A stretch of 64,000 nucleotides of DNA from contig OX597823.1 in the NCBI GenBank assembly GCA_951406725.2, positions 35,154,001 through 35,218,000 of the forward strand, given 5' to 3'. This stretch comes from Octopus vulgaris (Eukaryota). Position numbers and translations under genes: made by a program. Below the pieces are notes generated by a model. It saw nothing but the letters and a program-made list of their open reading frames with translations. It did not search any database and was not told where the DNA came from. Of the stretch, positions 23,190-35,929 are shown piece by piece. Each line of letters begins with the position of its first letter. The first letter of the stretch is position 1.

Positions 23190-25125
23190 AAGAGAGAGTG
23201 CTGAAAAATTCTTGGCTTTCGATAAAATGAAATACAGGAGGATCAGTTATGATTTTATTCAACACTAGAAGTATCGCCCGGCGTTGCTCGGGTTTGTAAG
23301 GGAAATAACTATATAAGCATTTTTAGTGAGTTATAGAAAAAAATAGCAAAAAATGCATTAAAAATGGAAAAAAAAAATATGGTAATTTTTTTTTAATCGT
23401 TGACTCATCGTAGACATTTTTAGAGAGTTACTTCCCTTATATAATAGCGAAAAATGCATTAAAATGGAATAAAAAATGATGGTAATTTGTTTTTTAAATC
23501 GTAGACTCATCGTAGACGCAAGCTAATACCCAGAAGGGCTCGATAGGAATCACGACTATAAGATACCCGGTTTTGGTTAAACTGCACCGCAAAATGTGGG
23601 AGTAGTTAGGAATCTAAATCGTAGGAGACAGACACACAACTTCACTTTTATATATAAAGATTTGTGCAACATCTAAAACATTCGGTTGTGCAAATTGTTT
23701 GTAATTGCCGTTTTTGTGGATCTGTTTCAGCTTTTTTAGCGATTTCTGTTTTGGCGACTTCAAGTCATGAAGTCGTTGTTCTAAAAGAACGCTGGTCTCC
23801 TTGACAACGCTTTACGACGTTGATTTCCTTGCACTCCCTTCCCCACAGCTTCACGAGGGAGAGAAGAAGAGGGAAAAGCAACACAGGTGCAGATGTGAGC
23901 ATGGACGCCAACTCCGCCGCCATCGACACACGAAAAATTATGCATTAAAATGGAATAAAAAATGATGTTAAATTATTTTTAAAATCGTAGACTCATCGTA
24001 GACGCGCGCTAATAGCCAGACGGGCTCGATATGAATCACGACTATAAGATACCCGAATTTGATTAAACTGCACCGCAAAATGTGGGAGTAGTTAGGAATC
24101 TAAATCGAAGGGGACAGACACTCACACAACTACAGTTTTATATATATAGATATTCTCCTCTTAGATTCACAGGCTTATTGTAGCAGTCCTTAAGTTTATC
24201 TAAATCCCAGAAAAAGAACTCGGAAGGACAAGCCTCTGTAGCAATGATCACTTCCAAATAGGAGTGAAATTTCGTTCTCTTGAGGTGTTTCTTCAGCTGT
24301 GGAAAGAGATGACATTTGGAGGGGGCCAAGTTAGGAGAGTAAGGTGGATGATCTACCAATTCGAAGCCAAAGCTGCGTATTTTCTGTAGAGTTTCATGTA
24401 CTGTGTGAGATGGTGCATTGTCCTGTAAAAACAGGACACCACGGCTCAGCTTTCCAAGGTATTTCTGCTTCAAAATTTCATGCAGTTCGTCCAACAGAGA
24501 CATGTAGTATTCTGTGTTGATGGCAGGTATTTCAGGAGGAGTACTCTATCTTTGTCCTAGATCACTGAAGCCAGAATCTTTACATCTGACCTCTAGGTCC
24601 AAAACTCCTTGCGATGTGGTGAACCGTTGATTGCTTCTTGATCATAATGATGAAGAAAAGACTCATCCATGGTGATTAACGAGCCATAAAATCAGCCTCT
24701 CCTGCTGCAAAACAGTCCAAAATCGCCTTTGATGTTGTCACTCTGATACGCTTCTAACTGTGTTCAAGCATTTCAGCATACCTTTTAAGGAAAGATTTGT
24801 CATGTCCAGAATGCTGTAGATGATATGGCCAACTATTTCACTGGAAATTCCAGCAGTCTTAGCTATGACTTGAGCTGATATCCAACGGTCCGCGAGAATC
24901 ATGATGGACACAGTGTCAGCATTGTCTCCTATGGTTTAGGAAGATCATCTGTGGCCTCGAAATGCCTGAAACTTCGACACTTAGATTTTCACTGTGGAGT
25001 AAGATGGGCAGCCATCCTTCAAGACTTCCTTCATCTCACCGTGGATTTCTGCCGCTCCTTTGTCTTGCAAAAAGAGGAACTTCATGTGGTTCAATTTTAC
25101 CAAAATCCACTGTAGAATTTGCCAT
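23190..25125 (-). mobile_element. Mariner transposon, decayed, interrupted by a Helitron
   Basis: MKFLFLQDKGAAEIHGEMK (N-term); LFLQDNAPSH, HPPYSPNLAPS (YSPDLAPSD motif mutated). C-terminal RGEYVE* is restored by excising 23265-24150. TIR-like GAGAGTGCTGAAAAATTC at ~23192. Confidence 0.85.
23265..24150 (-). mobile_element. Non-autonomous Helitron, composite with two 5' ends
   Basis: On - it starts TCTATATATATAAA and ends with hairpin CCCGAGCAACGCCGGG plus CTAG. Inserted between A and T with no TSD. Internal direct repeat ~23450-23660 vs 23935-24150. Confidence 0.85.
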
Positions 25126-25181
25126 CATGCGTTAATATGCCAAAAAGATAAAGATATATTGTATGTCATCACGAAACTAAT

Positions 25182-26085
25182 TTGCGATTGGCTCAGACAA
25201 CTTTGCGTGATTCGAGCAGCAGAGACAATGAAAGTGACGACGAAAGAGCTAAGCGACTACAAAGGAGGAGGTCGTATGACCATTCGGTGCCTTTTCGACA
25301 AACGAGTTCAGCTCGATCTGCTCACAATTCAAAGAACGCTGCTACCACTATCAATGAAAGAGCCTCAAAGATAGCTGAACAACGGTCAGTCCGCAATTCA
25401 CAAAATGCTACTGCCACTGCCAATGCAAGTGCCTCCGAGACTGCTGAAAAACACTCAGTCCGCAAATCACAGAACGCTGCTGCCACTGCCAATGCAAGAG
25501 CGTCCGAGACGGCTGAACATCGGGCACTCCAAAATTCACAAAAAGCCTCTGCCACTGCCAATGCAATACCCTCCGAGACCGCTGAATACCGGGCACTCCG
25601 AAATTCACAAAACGCTGCTGCCACTGCCAACGCAAGAGCCTCCGGGACTGCTGAAAAACGGTCAGTCAGCAATTCAGAAAACGCTTCTGCCACTGCCAAT
25701 GCAAGTGCCTCCGAAACTCCTCAACAACGGGCAATCCGCAATTCACAAAACGCTTCTGCCACTGCCAACGAAAGAGCCCTCGAATCTGCTGAACAACGGT
25801 CAGTCCGAAATTCACAGAACGCTGCTGCCACTGCCAATTCAAGAGCGTCCGAGACTGCTGAACAACGGGTACTCCGAAATTCACAAAACGCTTCTGCCAC
25901 TGCCAATACAAGACCCTCCGAGACCGCTGAATAACGGGCAGTCCGAAATTCACAAAACGCTGCTGCCACTGCCAACGCAAGAGCCCTCAAGACTGCTGAA
26001 CAACAGGCAATCTGCAATTCCGAAAACGCTTTTGCGACCGCTAATGCATGAGCTTCTGAGAATGCTGAACAACGGGCACTCCGAA
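25182..26085 (+). mobile_element. 69-bp/23-aa coding tandem repeat (STPR-like), probably the N-terminus of a Helitron ORF; disrupted
   Basis: About 10-11 copies of RASETAEQRxxRNSQNAxATANA. In-frame TAA at 25932-25934, with the repeat continuing beyond it. Confidence 0.6.
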
Positions 26086-26087
26086 AT

Positions 26088-27610
26088 TACATCCATCCAT
26101 GCACTCATCTCATCCGATATTACTTAGAAACACCCATCCATCCATAAATCTCTGAATCCATGGATCCTTCTATCAATGCATACAGGCATGCATCCATCAA
26201 TCTAATCTGTCCACATCTGCTTTCATTATTTATACGTACATTAATCCACACATGAATTAATCCATGCATCCATCTATCTATGCCTTCATCCACCAATTCC
26301 TCAATGCATCCATCTGTCTATCTTATTTCTTTACTACCCTCAAGGGGTTACACATAGAGGGGACAAACAAGGACAGACAAACGGATTAAGTCGATTATAT
26401 CGATCCAAGTGCGTAACTAGTACTTATTTAATCGACCCCGAAAGGATGAAAGGCAAAGTCGACCTCGGCGGAATTTGAACTCAGAACGTAGCGTCAGACG
26501 AAATACCTATTTCTTTACTACCCACAAGAGGCTAAACACAGAGGGGACAAACAAGGACAGACAAACGGATTAAGTCGATTACATCGACTCCTGTGCGTAA
26601 CTGGTACTTATTTAATCGACCCTAAAAGGATGAAAGGCAAAGTCGACCTCGGCGGAATTTGAACTCAGAACGTAGCGGCAGACGAAATGCCGCTAAGCAT
26701 TTCGCCCGGCGTGCTAACGTTTCTGCCAGCTCGCCGCCTTATATCCATCTGTCTTTCTATCCATGCATGCATCAATTCCATCCATGATGCATCCATCTAT
26801 CCATCTATCGATCTATGTATCTATCTATTCATGAATCCATCCGTCCACCCATGCTTCCATGCCTTCATGAATTTAGCCATGCATCCAACAGTCCAACCAG
26901 GCTTCTATCTATGCATACATCCATATAACCATCCATACATATATCCATGCATCTATTCATCAATATGTGCTTTCATCTATTCATCTATAAATCCATCCAG
27001 ACATCCATTGGTGCATCCGTTCAGGCATCCAGGCATCGAAACGTGCATCCATTTATCTACCCTCCTATGCTTTTATTCGTCGTAGCATCCATTCATCTAG
27101 CCATCTATCCAGTCATCCATGCAACCATACATGCATTCAACTATCTATGCATCTATCCATACACGCATGCATGAACGATCCCTCATCCATCCATCCAGGC
27201 CCCTCCACACATCCACAATCTTTCTATCCATCGATACATTTATCAATTTATCTTAGTATCCATGAATTCAGCTATCTATGCAACCATCCAATCATCCAAG
27301 CCTCCATCCATGCAACCAGACATCCATCTACCTAACCATGAATTCATCTATCCATATGTCCATCAGTCATTTCGTGCATCCTTCCATCTACCCATCTATA
27401 AATTCATATATGCATCCATAAAAATAACCAGCATATATGTACTTCATTAAACCATCCCTGCATCCAATCATCCATCGATTCACACGTCCATGGTTCCAAC
27501 ATTTCATGCATCAAAACACATATATGCACACCCACAATCTTCCAGTCTATCGATACATCCACCGATTTATCCTTGTATCGATGCATCCATCTGGCAATCC
27601 ATCCATACGT
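26088..27610. repeat. Degenerate (ATCC)n/(ATCT)n satellite tract
   Basis: Directly visible; interrupted by a SINE. Confidence 0.9.
26321..26739 (-). mobile_element. tRNA-derived SINE (GGCGGCGAGCTGGCAG family) with an ~185-bp tandem duplication of the body
   Basis: 26323-26506 repeats as 26508-26689. Head at 26690-26739. Confidence 0.88.
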
Positions 27611-27789
27611 ATATATGCAACGGATATGAAATACGACTAAAAAATACGTGGTATGTGCATAAATGTACGTGGTCTGGATTCGTCCTGCAAGCTTGTTCAA
27701 TGACCTCTGGTGTTGCTACGTTTAAGTGTGATACCAGTGAGACTAGGATTTCTGACACGTGCACATTAGCTCCCATTTTTTCGACTTTG

Positions 27790-30780
27790 AGACCTACGCA
27801 TCTTTTAGTTGGGCACGAATACGAGGTATGGTGAAAGTGCTGGTTGGGAAAGACATAGATCATGAGGTACGAACGATCTCCATGGAAACCTGGATGGTAA
27901 GTTGGTGGTCCTGGATGTGAGCAATAGCGAAAGAAGTGCTTTTAGACTAATCGCTGTGTACGCTCCGATTGGGGCGGGATAGCCAGATTTATTCAGACGT
28001 TTGGAGGTTTTCCCTGGGACGTATCGGTCTTCAGTACTAGGGGGCGACAGGAACGTCATCTTGGGTGCACGCCTGGATAGGGTGGGGCTAGCTGATAGTG
28101 TGTATGAGTGTGTGTGTATAAAAGCTTCACAAACCTACTCAGCCGTTGCTGTGTAGACTACAAATTTGTGATCTGTACAACCGACTTAGATAGAATCCAT
28201 AAGCAGGGCCTGGATACTGGAAGCTGAACGCGTCTTTCCCGGCACATCAAGCTTTTAGAGACCGGGCTAGTAACTTATTCTATCGGAATTATCGGGTGCA
28301 ATCATCAACAACTGATAGCAAGTAGGCCTGGAAAGGGTTATTTGAGTAGAGACATTAGGGTTTAGTCAGGAATAAGCGTTAGAGGAATCCAGAATAGAGG
28401 GAGACCTTGTTAGGAAACTAGAAGAAACACTTAGCAGAGGCATAGCGACCGATGTGTTGGGAGCAAGATTGGTTATTGGTTAAATATTCAGTGCCAAGCA
28501 CGAAGGTTGCGTTGTCAGAACAAGGGCATATGCACTAAGATACGAGGGGATGGAAGCCGTTCGATGGGCCCGGGTGGCGGAGACGCAACGTGAAACAAAC
28601 CCACAATTCAGTCTTTGATGGGCCAGGACTGACACATGCTATTTTAGTTCAAGCAGACATGTGCAGAATTTCAGAAGCACTTTGATGACCTGTGCGGAGC
28701 GCGCGGTAGGGCAGAGTCGGAAGTGGATTTCACCTCCTACCTTAACAGCATGCCACGCCTCTCGGCCACGGATACGGAGTTCTGTGAAATGCCGATAACA
28801 GCCGAAGAGAAGTCTCTGGGGCCTGGATGGTCTGTCCCTCGAGCTTTATCTTCATATGTCAGACTTTTTCGGTGATCTTTTGGCGGATGTCTAAAGCAAC
28901 TGACAACAGAACGGGAGAATTACCAGTGCTGTGAGCCGTGTCATAGTGGTGCCGCTGAGGACCAAAGAAAAGAATTTAGGTCCGTAACTCTGTGAAATAC
29001 TGATTACAAACTTTTGGTCAAGGTGATAGCCAAGAGACTGGCATGTATCGATAAGCTGGTCGGTGATATATAGACATGCGCTATCCCAAATAGATATGTC
29101 TACGACAACCTCCACTTCACGCATTACACCATAGAGAGGGCTGGTAAGGAAGCTGGCATAAATGGGATCATGGTCAATTTCGATCAGTGAAAAGCTTTCG
29201 GTAAGTTGACCGCCAATACTTGGTGGCTGTCCTTACATCGGCCGGTTTCGGTCTTATTTTCAGAGGCTGAATCGCTGCAATGTACAGCAACATCTATTCG
29301 GTGGTCGAAGTGAATGGTCACTTACCGGAATCATTTACTATCGCATGTTCGGTCCGTCAAAAATGCACACTCTCACCCCTCCTGTATGTGCTGGCTCTCG
29401 AGCTATTGCTACGGAATCTGGTTGTTTCGAAGGACACCGCGCGTGAACTAGGATGTGGAAGGTTCGTGTCGGCGTATGCAGACGACGTCACCGTAATAGT
29501 ATGGGACATATCGGATATCGAGGTGATTGGCACTCTCCTAAGGGAGTATAAAGTGGTGGCAGGAGAAATTGGTGGGTATGCAGCTCGGCACTTGGAGAGG
29601 CTGGTTCATGTGAAGCGGCAGCGTTGTAGGGTGCTGGACGGAAGGTCCGGTTGAATTGTTTGGAGTCTGGTTTGGGCTAGACCTCCAGGTGAACAAGAAT
29701 TTTTTTGGAGGTGGGAGTGATGCTCAGAGTGGCCAGTCCTACCAAGAAATAAGCAGAGAGGAAGCTGTCCTTGAAGGGTCAAGCGGAGCTGGCTAATGTG
29801 TTCATTGATTCTATCATCTACTACAGTCTGACCGTCGTCCCTTGCTCTGCCAATAGGGCAATGCAATGGATGACAGTTCCACATTGGAGTTCAATAGGGA
29901 ATTGGTGATGGGCAAGAGCGATGACGTCCTCGTGAAATCCCTGGGCATAGGGAGAGATCTATTGGCTGCTCTTTTCCGGAGGACTTTCAGGCCGGGACCT
30001 ATGGATAACTTCCAGAAACTCTTGGCCACGCAGTGCTACATGGGTCTCTGTCGATCCGAGACAGGCTTTACAGACACGGAAGTGATGTCAGATGGACCTA
30101 TCCGAGATGTGAGCAGGGCGATAAAGCTGTCCTGCATCCACTCGACCATTGTCTGGAAATTACCGACTAGTAGAGATTTGTCAAGCAGCTGTTGTCGTGG
30201 TGTAGGAGGGACCCTACTTCTTTTGACCGGGAAGAGCAGGCAGTTTTTCTCTATCTGGTAGTTTTGGTGAAAGAAGTAGTGTGGTTGACGAGGTTGAAAG
30301 GACCAAAGATAGACACCTTCCAAATTCGGCCAAGGCGGGTGAATGTGGCGAGGATGATTCGTATGAATGGGTCTACTCTGAGCATGCGCCTGTAGGCCGG
30401 AAGGAATGGAGAGGGTACCCACCCGAGGTGCCTTTGGTATTCATGGTGTCCAGGATGAGTAGGGTTCCTTGGTTGCTCCTTGGGTAGAGCTTCCCCTCTT
30501 TTGGACAATTTTATTCGGATTTTTATTGTTATTTTTTTGTCTTCGGGGACTCTCTGGCCGCCGGGAGAGATCAATTGGCTGGTCTTTTCCAGAGGACTTA
30601 CGGACCGGGACTTATGAATAACTTCCAGAAACTTTTGGCCACGTAGTGCTACATGGTGGTGGTGGGGCTCTGTCAATTCGGGACAAGCTTTACAGACACG
30701 GAAGTGTTGTCAGACGGACCTATCCGAGACGTGAGCAGGGCAATGAAACTGTTCTGCATCCACCCATCTGGGCATTGCCG
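27790..30780 (+). mobile_element. Decayed Tx1/L1-clade LINE ORF2 (APE + RT)
   Basis: APE remnant GKLVVLDV..FRLIAVYAP..VLGGDRNVIL. RT remnants TDYKLLVKVIAKRL, SVRQKCTLSPLLYVLALE, SAYADDVTV. Many frameshifts. 29975-30140 is repeated at 30580-30760. Confidence 0.8.
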
Positions 30781-30861
30781 ACTTGTAGTAATATTGTTAT
30801 TGTTATTTTCTTATTCTTTCCTCATTGTTATTGTTGCTGCGGTCGTTGTAGTTATTCATTC

Positions 30862-31135
30862 ACTATTATTCTTCCTTTCTTTTTATTATTTTCATTATTA
30901 CTAGATCTTTATGGCTCTACACCAAAATTACTATCCACTAGTCCCTTGTGATATGAAACTGGCAGTTGTGGGATCACTCATTATTGTCCACATAATCCTT
31001 CTTCTTCTTTGTAACTATTTATAAAGCGAATTGGACATGCATTATAACTTAACTAAATATAGATATCTGCAAAGAAAAAGAAAGAGTAAAGCAGTGGGGT
31101 ATACAAGAAATACAAGACATACATAGTACTTATGT
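30862..31135. repeat. ~274-bp direct repeat, copy 1 (copy 2 at 37058-37332)
   Basis: Near-identical; about 6 differences by eye. Confidence 0.9.
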
Positions 31136-31532
31136 ACAGAGACTTGAAAAAAAATAGCAGTCTCTATCTTCTTCTTCTCCTTCCTTCCTTCTTACAGTTT
31201 GAATCACTTTAACCAAATTTTAGCAGGCCGGATTTTTGATCATCACGGTACATCGCCAGCGACTCCCTGAAACTCTCCCCTGAAATCCCCGTTGAGAAAT
31301 ACTGATCTAAAAGAATAATTCAACAATGCAATTATTTGATCAACAAAAAAATTATGAAACGCTTCTACGTACTTCCCTATTGAGGAAATGGAACACATAA
31401 GCGCAAAAATAGAGGCATTAAATGCTTGATTTTAAAACCAAAATAATTGAATTTTGATTGAACTTCATCCAAGTTTAGCTTAATTCGCGCGTGCATAGAA
31501 CGCACGAGCGCACGAGCCGAGCAATACTGCTA

Positions 31533-31571
<39 letters not shown>

Positions 31572-32096
31572 TATATATTTATTTGTGTGTGTCTTTGTGT
31601 ATTCGTACTCCTCCCATCGCTTGACAACCGATGTTGGTGTGTTTATATGCGTCTATAAGGGTCTTTGATCTTGTTTGTAGCAATGTAGGTGCCACCCTGT
31701 ACCCTCAATCACTATTAGTGATCATTGAACTTCTCGTTTTTGTTTTTATATTGTGTCTAGCCACCTTCGTTGTTTTATAATTTTCACATTACTATTTTTG
31801 ATAAATTAGTAATGGTAAATACTATATATTGACAGGTAGGATTTAGCTACCTGACAGATAGGATTTAGCGTCCCGTCCAGGTGGGGAATATATACCCTAT
31901 GGAAACCGGGAAACTAGGCTTTATGAGTCGTTATGACTTGAAAAAAGAAAACGTTACTTTTCATATACAGCCGAGAGAAACTCAACTATATTTGAATATA
32001 TATGTTGTTACACAATGCGCTTTCTCGCAACATTGTTGTAGCTTTCAAATTATCTCACCCCACACTGGTCAGGCGGATAGGCCATATATATATATG

Positions 32097-35000
32097 GAGG
32101 ATCCAATGCCACCCAGTACACTTCAGGGAAGAAGAAATCTGGAAGGCACCGAAGAACCTGTAAATTCTACCTGCGGGGCAAATGTTGGCATGGTGAGGAC
32201 GGCAAAAACTGCCGGTTCGCCCACTCGACACCCTGCCAGAACTTCAGGGGACTCAAAGAGAAAAACTTTACCGAGGGAACATAAGAAATGTCTCCCAGGA
32301 AAACTTTCAAAAACGAAGTGCGCTCCTCAGATGTTCTGCGCAACGCAGCAGCTGAGCAAGGAGTCTTTTTTATGCATGGCGGAAAGAATTGTCCGGCAGC
32401 TAACCTGGCTACACCAAGCACAGAGAAGGAACCCTGCCCACCACTATGCAAGACCACCACAGTCAACAGACACGGGATGGCCTCCCCTAACGCCTGTACA
32501 GCCGTCACCCCAATACTTTTACTAAATATTGGGGGCCTGTTGCATCAAAATAGAAACAAAATTTCTTTCCTGAGAGATCTTACTGCATGCAATCAAGCCC
32601 TATGCATAGCACTTGTGGAAACTCACCTCAACCTTGATATAGAGGACACAGAAGTACACATACCAAACTATGCCATACTGCGAACAGACAGAAGGGAAAG
32701 GAGATGACCTCACACCCCAGGTCTTGATGACATACTCAAATTCGGTATGTGACACCTTAATTGTATACATAAGACAACATAATATAGTCATATGCAATAC
32801 ATATTGCCCACCGGATGCCCCAAATCACAAAGGCAAGTTTGAAGATTGCCTCACAAGAATTAAAGAAATCCTCATGAATCTGGAACACCATGTGACCATA
32901 TTTCTTATGGGTGATTTCAACTTCCCCAACGTCAAATGGCCCGAAGGTCACATACTCTCAGGAATGAATCATTGCAAGCAAGTACAGGTGGAGTCCCTGC
33001 TCAACCTCACCAATGCCTTATTCATGGAGCAAGTTGTACTCAAGCCAACTAGGGCGAATAACATTCTGGATCTCTGCTTCACGAACAATATGGACATCAT
33101 TCATGGTGTGAAAGTGACACCGACATCAGTTTCGGATCACAACATAATAGAGCTGTCTATGTTTGGGCCGAAAGTAACCAGAGACATACAGCCTAAAGGA
33201 AGCACCCAAAATCTCTCCAATCTGAACTTCCACTAAGCAGATTGGAAATCGATCCAAAAAGAGATCCTCAGAGAGGACTGGCCGGAATGTCTCTCCACAC
33301 CAGACATTGACATGAAACTAGAATGTTTCATGTCTTCTGTGCAAGCCGTATGCCAGAAATATGTCCCAGAGCACAAGGCCAAAACAAATAGGAGCAAGAT
33401 TCCAAGAGACAGGAAGATCCTCATGAGACGACGGACGAAGGTTGCAAATCGTCTCAACCAACATTCCAAAAGTATTGAAACGTCCCGCCTAAAAACAACA
33501 CTGATGGAGATCGAAAAAAGGCTGCAACAATCCTATGTGAAGGAGAAAGCAGACAAAGAAGCCTGGGTTATAAAAAACATTAAATCAAACCCAAAGGCCT
33601 TCTTTCATTACGCGAAAGAAACAGTCTCAGTGCACTACAAGATAGGACCCCTCCTCCAAAAGGATGGCTCCCTCACAGACAGTCCAACTATGATCAGTGA
33701 GATGCTGAATGACCAGTTCAAAAGTGTCTTTACCACCCCGTTGGAACACAGACAAGTGAACGAACCAGTGGACTTCTTTGCCGCCTCACCTATAACCAGC
33801 GAGGCGGTTACAATAGAATGTATTGACATTAGCGAAAAAGATGTCCTACTAGCCATAGATGAAGTGGACACAAACTCAGCTGCTGGTCCAGACGGTTTCC
33901 CAGCCATCCTCCTCAAAGCGTGTAAGCATGCCCTGGCAAAACCCCTCAAGATTCTCTTCCAGAGCTTTCTTGCGAATGGCAAACTGCCAAGCAAGCTGAA
34001 GGAGGGAATAATATGCCCAATACATAAAAGGGGAAGTAGAGCAGATGCCAAAAACTATAGGCCTATCTCTCTGACTTCACACATCAGCAAAGTCATGGAA
34101 CGGATAGTCAGAAAGAAACTAATCGCATTCCTTGAGGAAAATAACTTGCTGAGTAATACCCAGCATGGTTTTCGACCAAGTAGGAGCTGCCTGACCCAGC
34201 TCTTACAGCATTATGACTGGGTGTTGAGGCAGTTACTCAACAAATCAAATGTGGACGTAATCTACCTTGATTTTGCAAAAGCTTTTGACAAGGTGGATCA
34301 TGGTATGATATGCCACAAACTACGTGACCTCGGCATAGCTGGAAAACTTGGAGTGTGGTTGCATGACTTCCTGAAAGATAGGAGTCAGGCAGTAGTGGTT
34401 AATGGAGCCACCTCTGTGAACACATAAATAGTGAGCGGTGTTCCACAGGGCACTGTCTTGGGACCACTGCTTTTTATAGTGGCCCTCTCAGATATGCCCG
34501 GATAGCCACTCTGGCCAGCTATGCAGACGATACGAAAGTCTCGCAGAAAATACAGAACCCCAGCGATGTTGCACACCTGCAGCAGGAGTTGGACTCAGTC
34601 TACAGATGGGCTGAGGATAATAATATGCAATTTAATGCTAAAAAATTCCAGGCCCTGCGCTACCAACATCCAAAACTGAATATTAAACTTACAGGATACA
34701 CCGGTCCACAGGGAATTTCTATCCCAAAGCCTAAGTCTGTGAGGGACCTGGGTATCGACATGAGTGATGATACTTCTTTCCAAGTGCACATTACCAGGAT
34801 GGCGACAAAGTGCAGACGACAGGCTGGGTGGATCCTAAGAACATTCAGAATCAGAGATAAGGAAACCATGATGGTCCTCTGGCGGACATTCGTCCTCAGT
34901 CGCCTGGATTAGTGCTCACAGCTATGGTCACCCACCAGTGTAAAATTAACAGCGGACCTTGAAGCAATCCAGAGAAGATTCACAAAGAAGATCATCTCTT

Positions 35001-35499
35001 TGCAACAGCTCAGCTACTGGGAAAGGTTGAAACAGTTAAGACTCTACTCCCTGGAGAGAAGACGGGAGAGGTATGCAGTGATATATGTCTGGAAGATCCT
35101 GGAAGGAATTGTGCCAAATTTTGGCATTGTAAGCTACACCAATGCTAGAACGGGACGACACTGCATAGTGCCAAAGATCCCAGCAATGCCATCACGCTTC
35201 AGGACCAGCTTCTGCAACAGCCTGGGTTTCAAGGGCCCACAGCTTTTTAATATTCTCCCAAAGAGTTTGAGGAACTTGCACAAATGTAGCGGTTTTTAAA
35301 TCAAAGCTGGACATCTTCCTGTCAAGAGTCCCAGATGAACCTACCTCACGGCAAGAGGTGCAAATGAGAGTAGCTGTATCAAACTACATTCTTCACCAAA
35401 TGCCACATATTGGACGAGGTTCGTCGTAATAACAACGTAGCACAAAACGGCGGTGCATCAGCATGGCCGCAGCTCTGATCTGAAACTAGAAAAAAAAAA
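32097..35499 (+). mobile_element. CR1-clade LINE, near full length, with few lesions (CCCH finger, APE, RT)
   Basis: CKFYLRGKCWHGEDGKNCRFAH. APE LLNIGGL..VETHL..GDFN..LDLCF..SDHN. RT YRPISLTS, QHGF, YLDFAKAFDKVDH, GVPQG, YADD. C-term LYSLERRRER. In-frame stops at 33234, 34425 and 34910. A-rich tail. Confidence 0.92.
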
Positions 35500-35733
35500 T
35501 ATATTATACATACGTATATATATATATATATATAATAGTTATATATATAATAGTTACAACATTTAATAAAATGATGTAGTACGAAACGATCGTACCAAAT
35601 TACCGGAGTCATTCTTGTTGCTTATTTTGATTATAATCACCCCACGGATTTATATGGATAACACCATACAGAATTCTGGTGCATCTAAATTAAGAACCAT
35701 ATTCATTTGAATCTAAATTTTTGCTGAACTTAT

Positions 35734-35785
<52 letters not shown>

Positions 35786-35929
35786 AAAAGTAAAGAGTGA
35801 AAAAACTACAGAAGGCTTAAATGTTAAAAAATATATATATTTGCGTCAATATGTCTGAAGAATATTAGAAAATAAAAAAAAAAAATTTTTCTCTTATAAT
35901 GACATAATTTAAAAGAAAGACCGGCTTCG

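Noticed and set aside
25370-26085. CRISPR-like array (also 19665-20297)
   Set aside because: Contiguous tandem units without unique spacers, no cas genes, eukaryotic context.
31881-32525. 214-aa ORF as LINE ORF1 or a host gene
   Set aside because: It crosses a repeat fragment, a TA run and the LINE 5' region in a frame that does not carry the CCCH finger.
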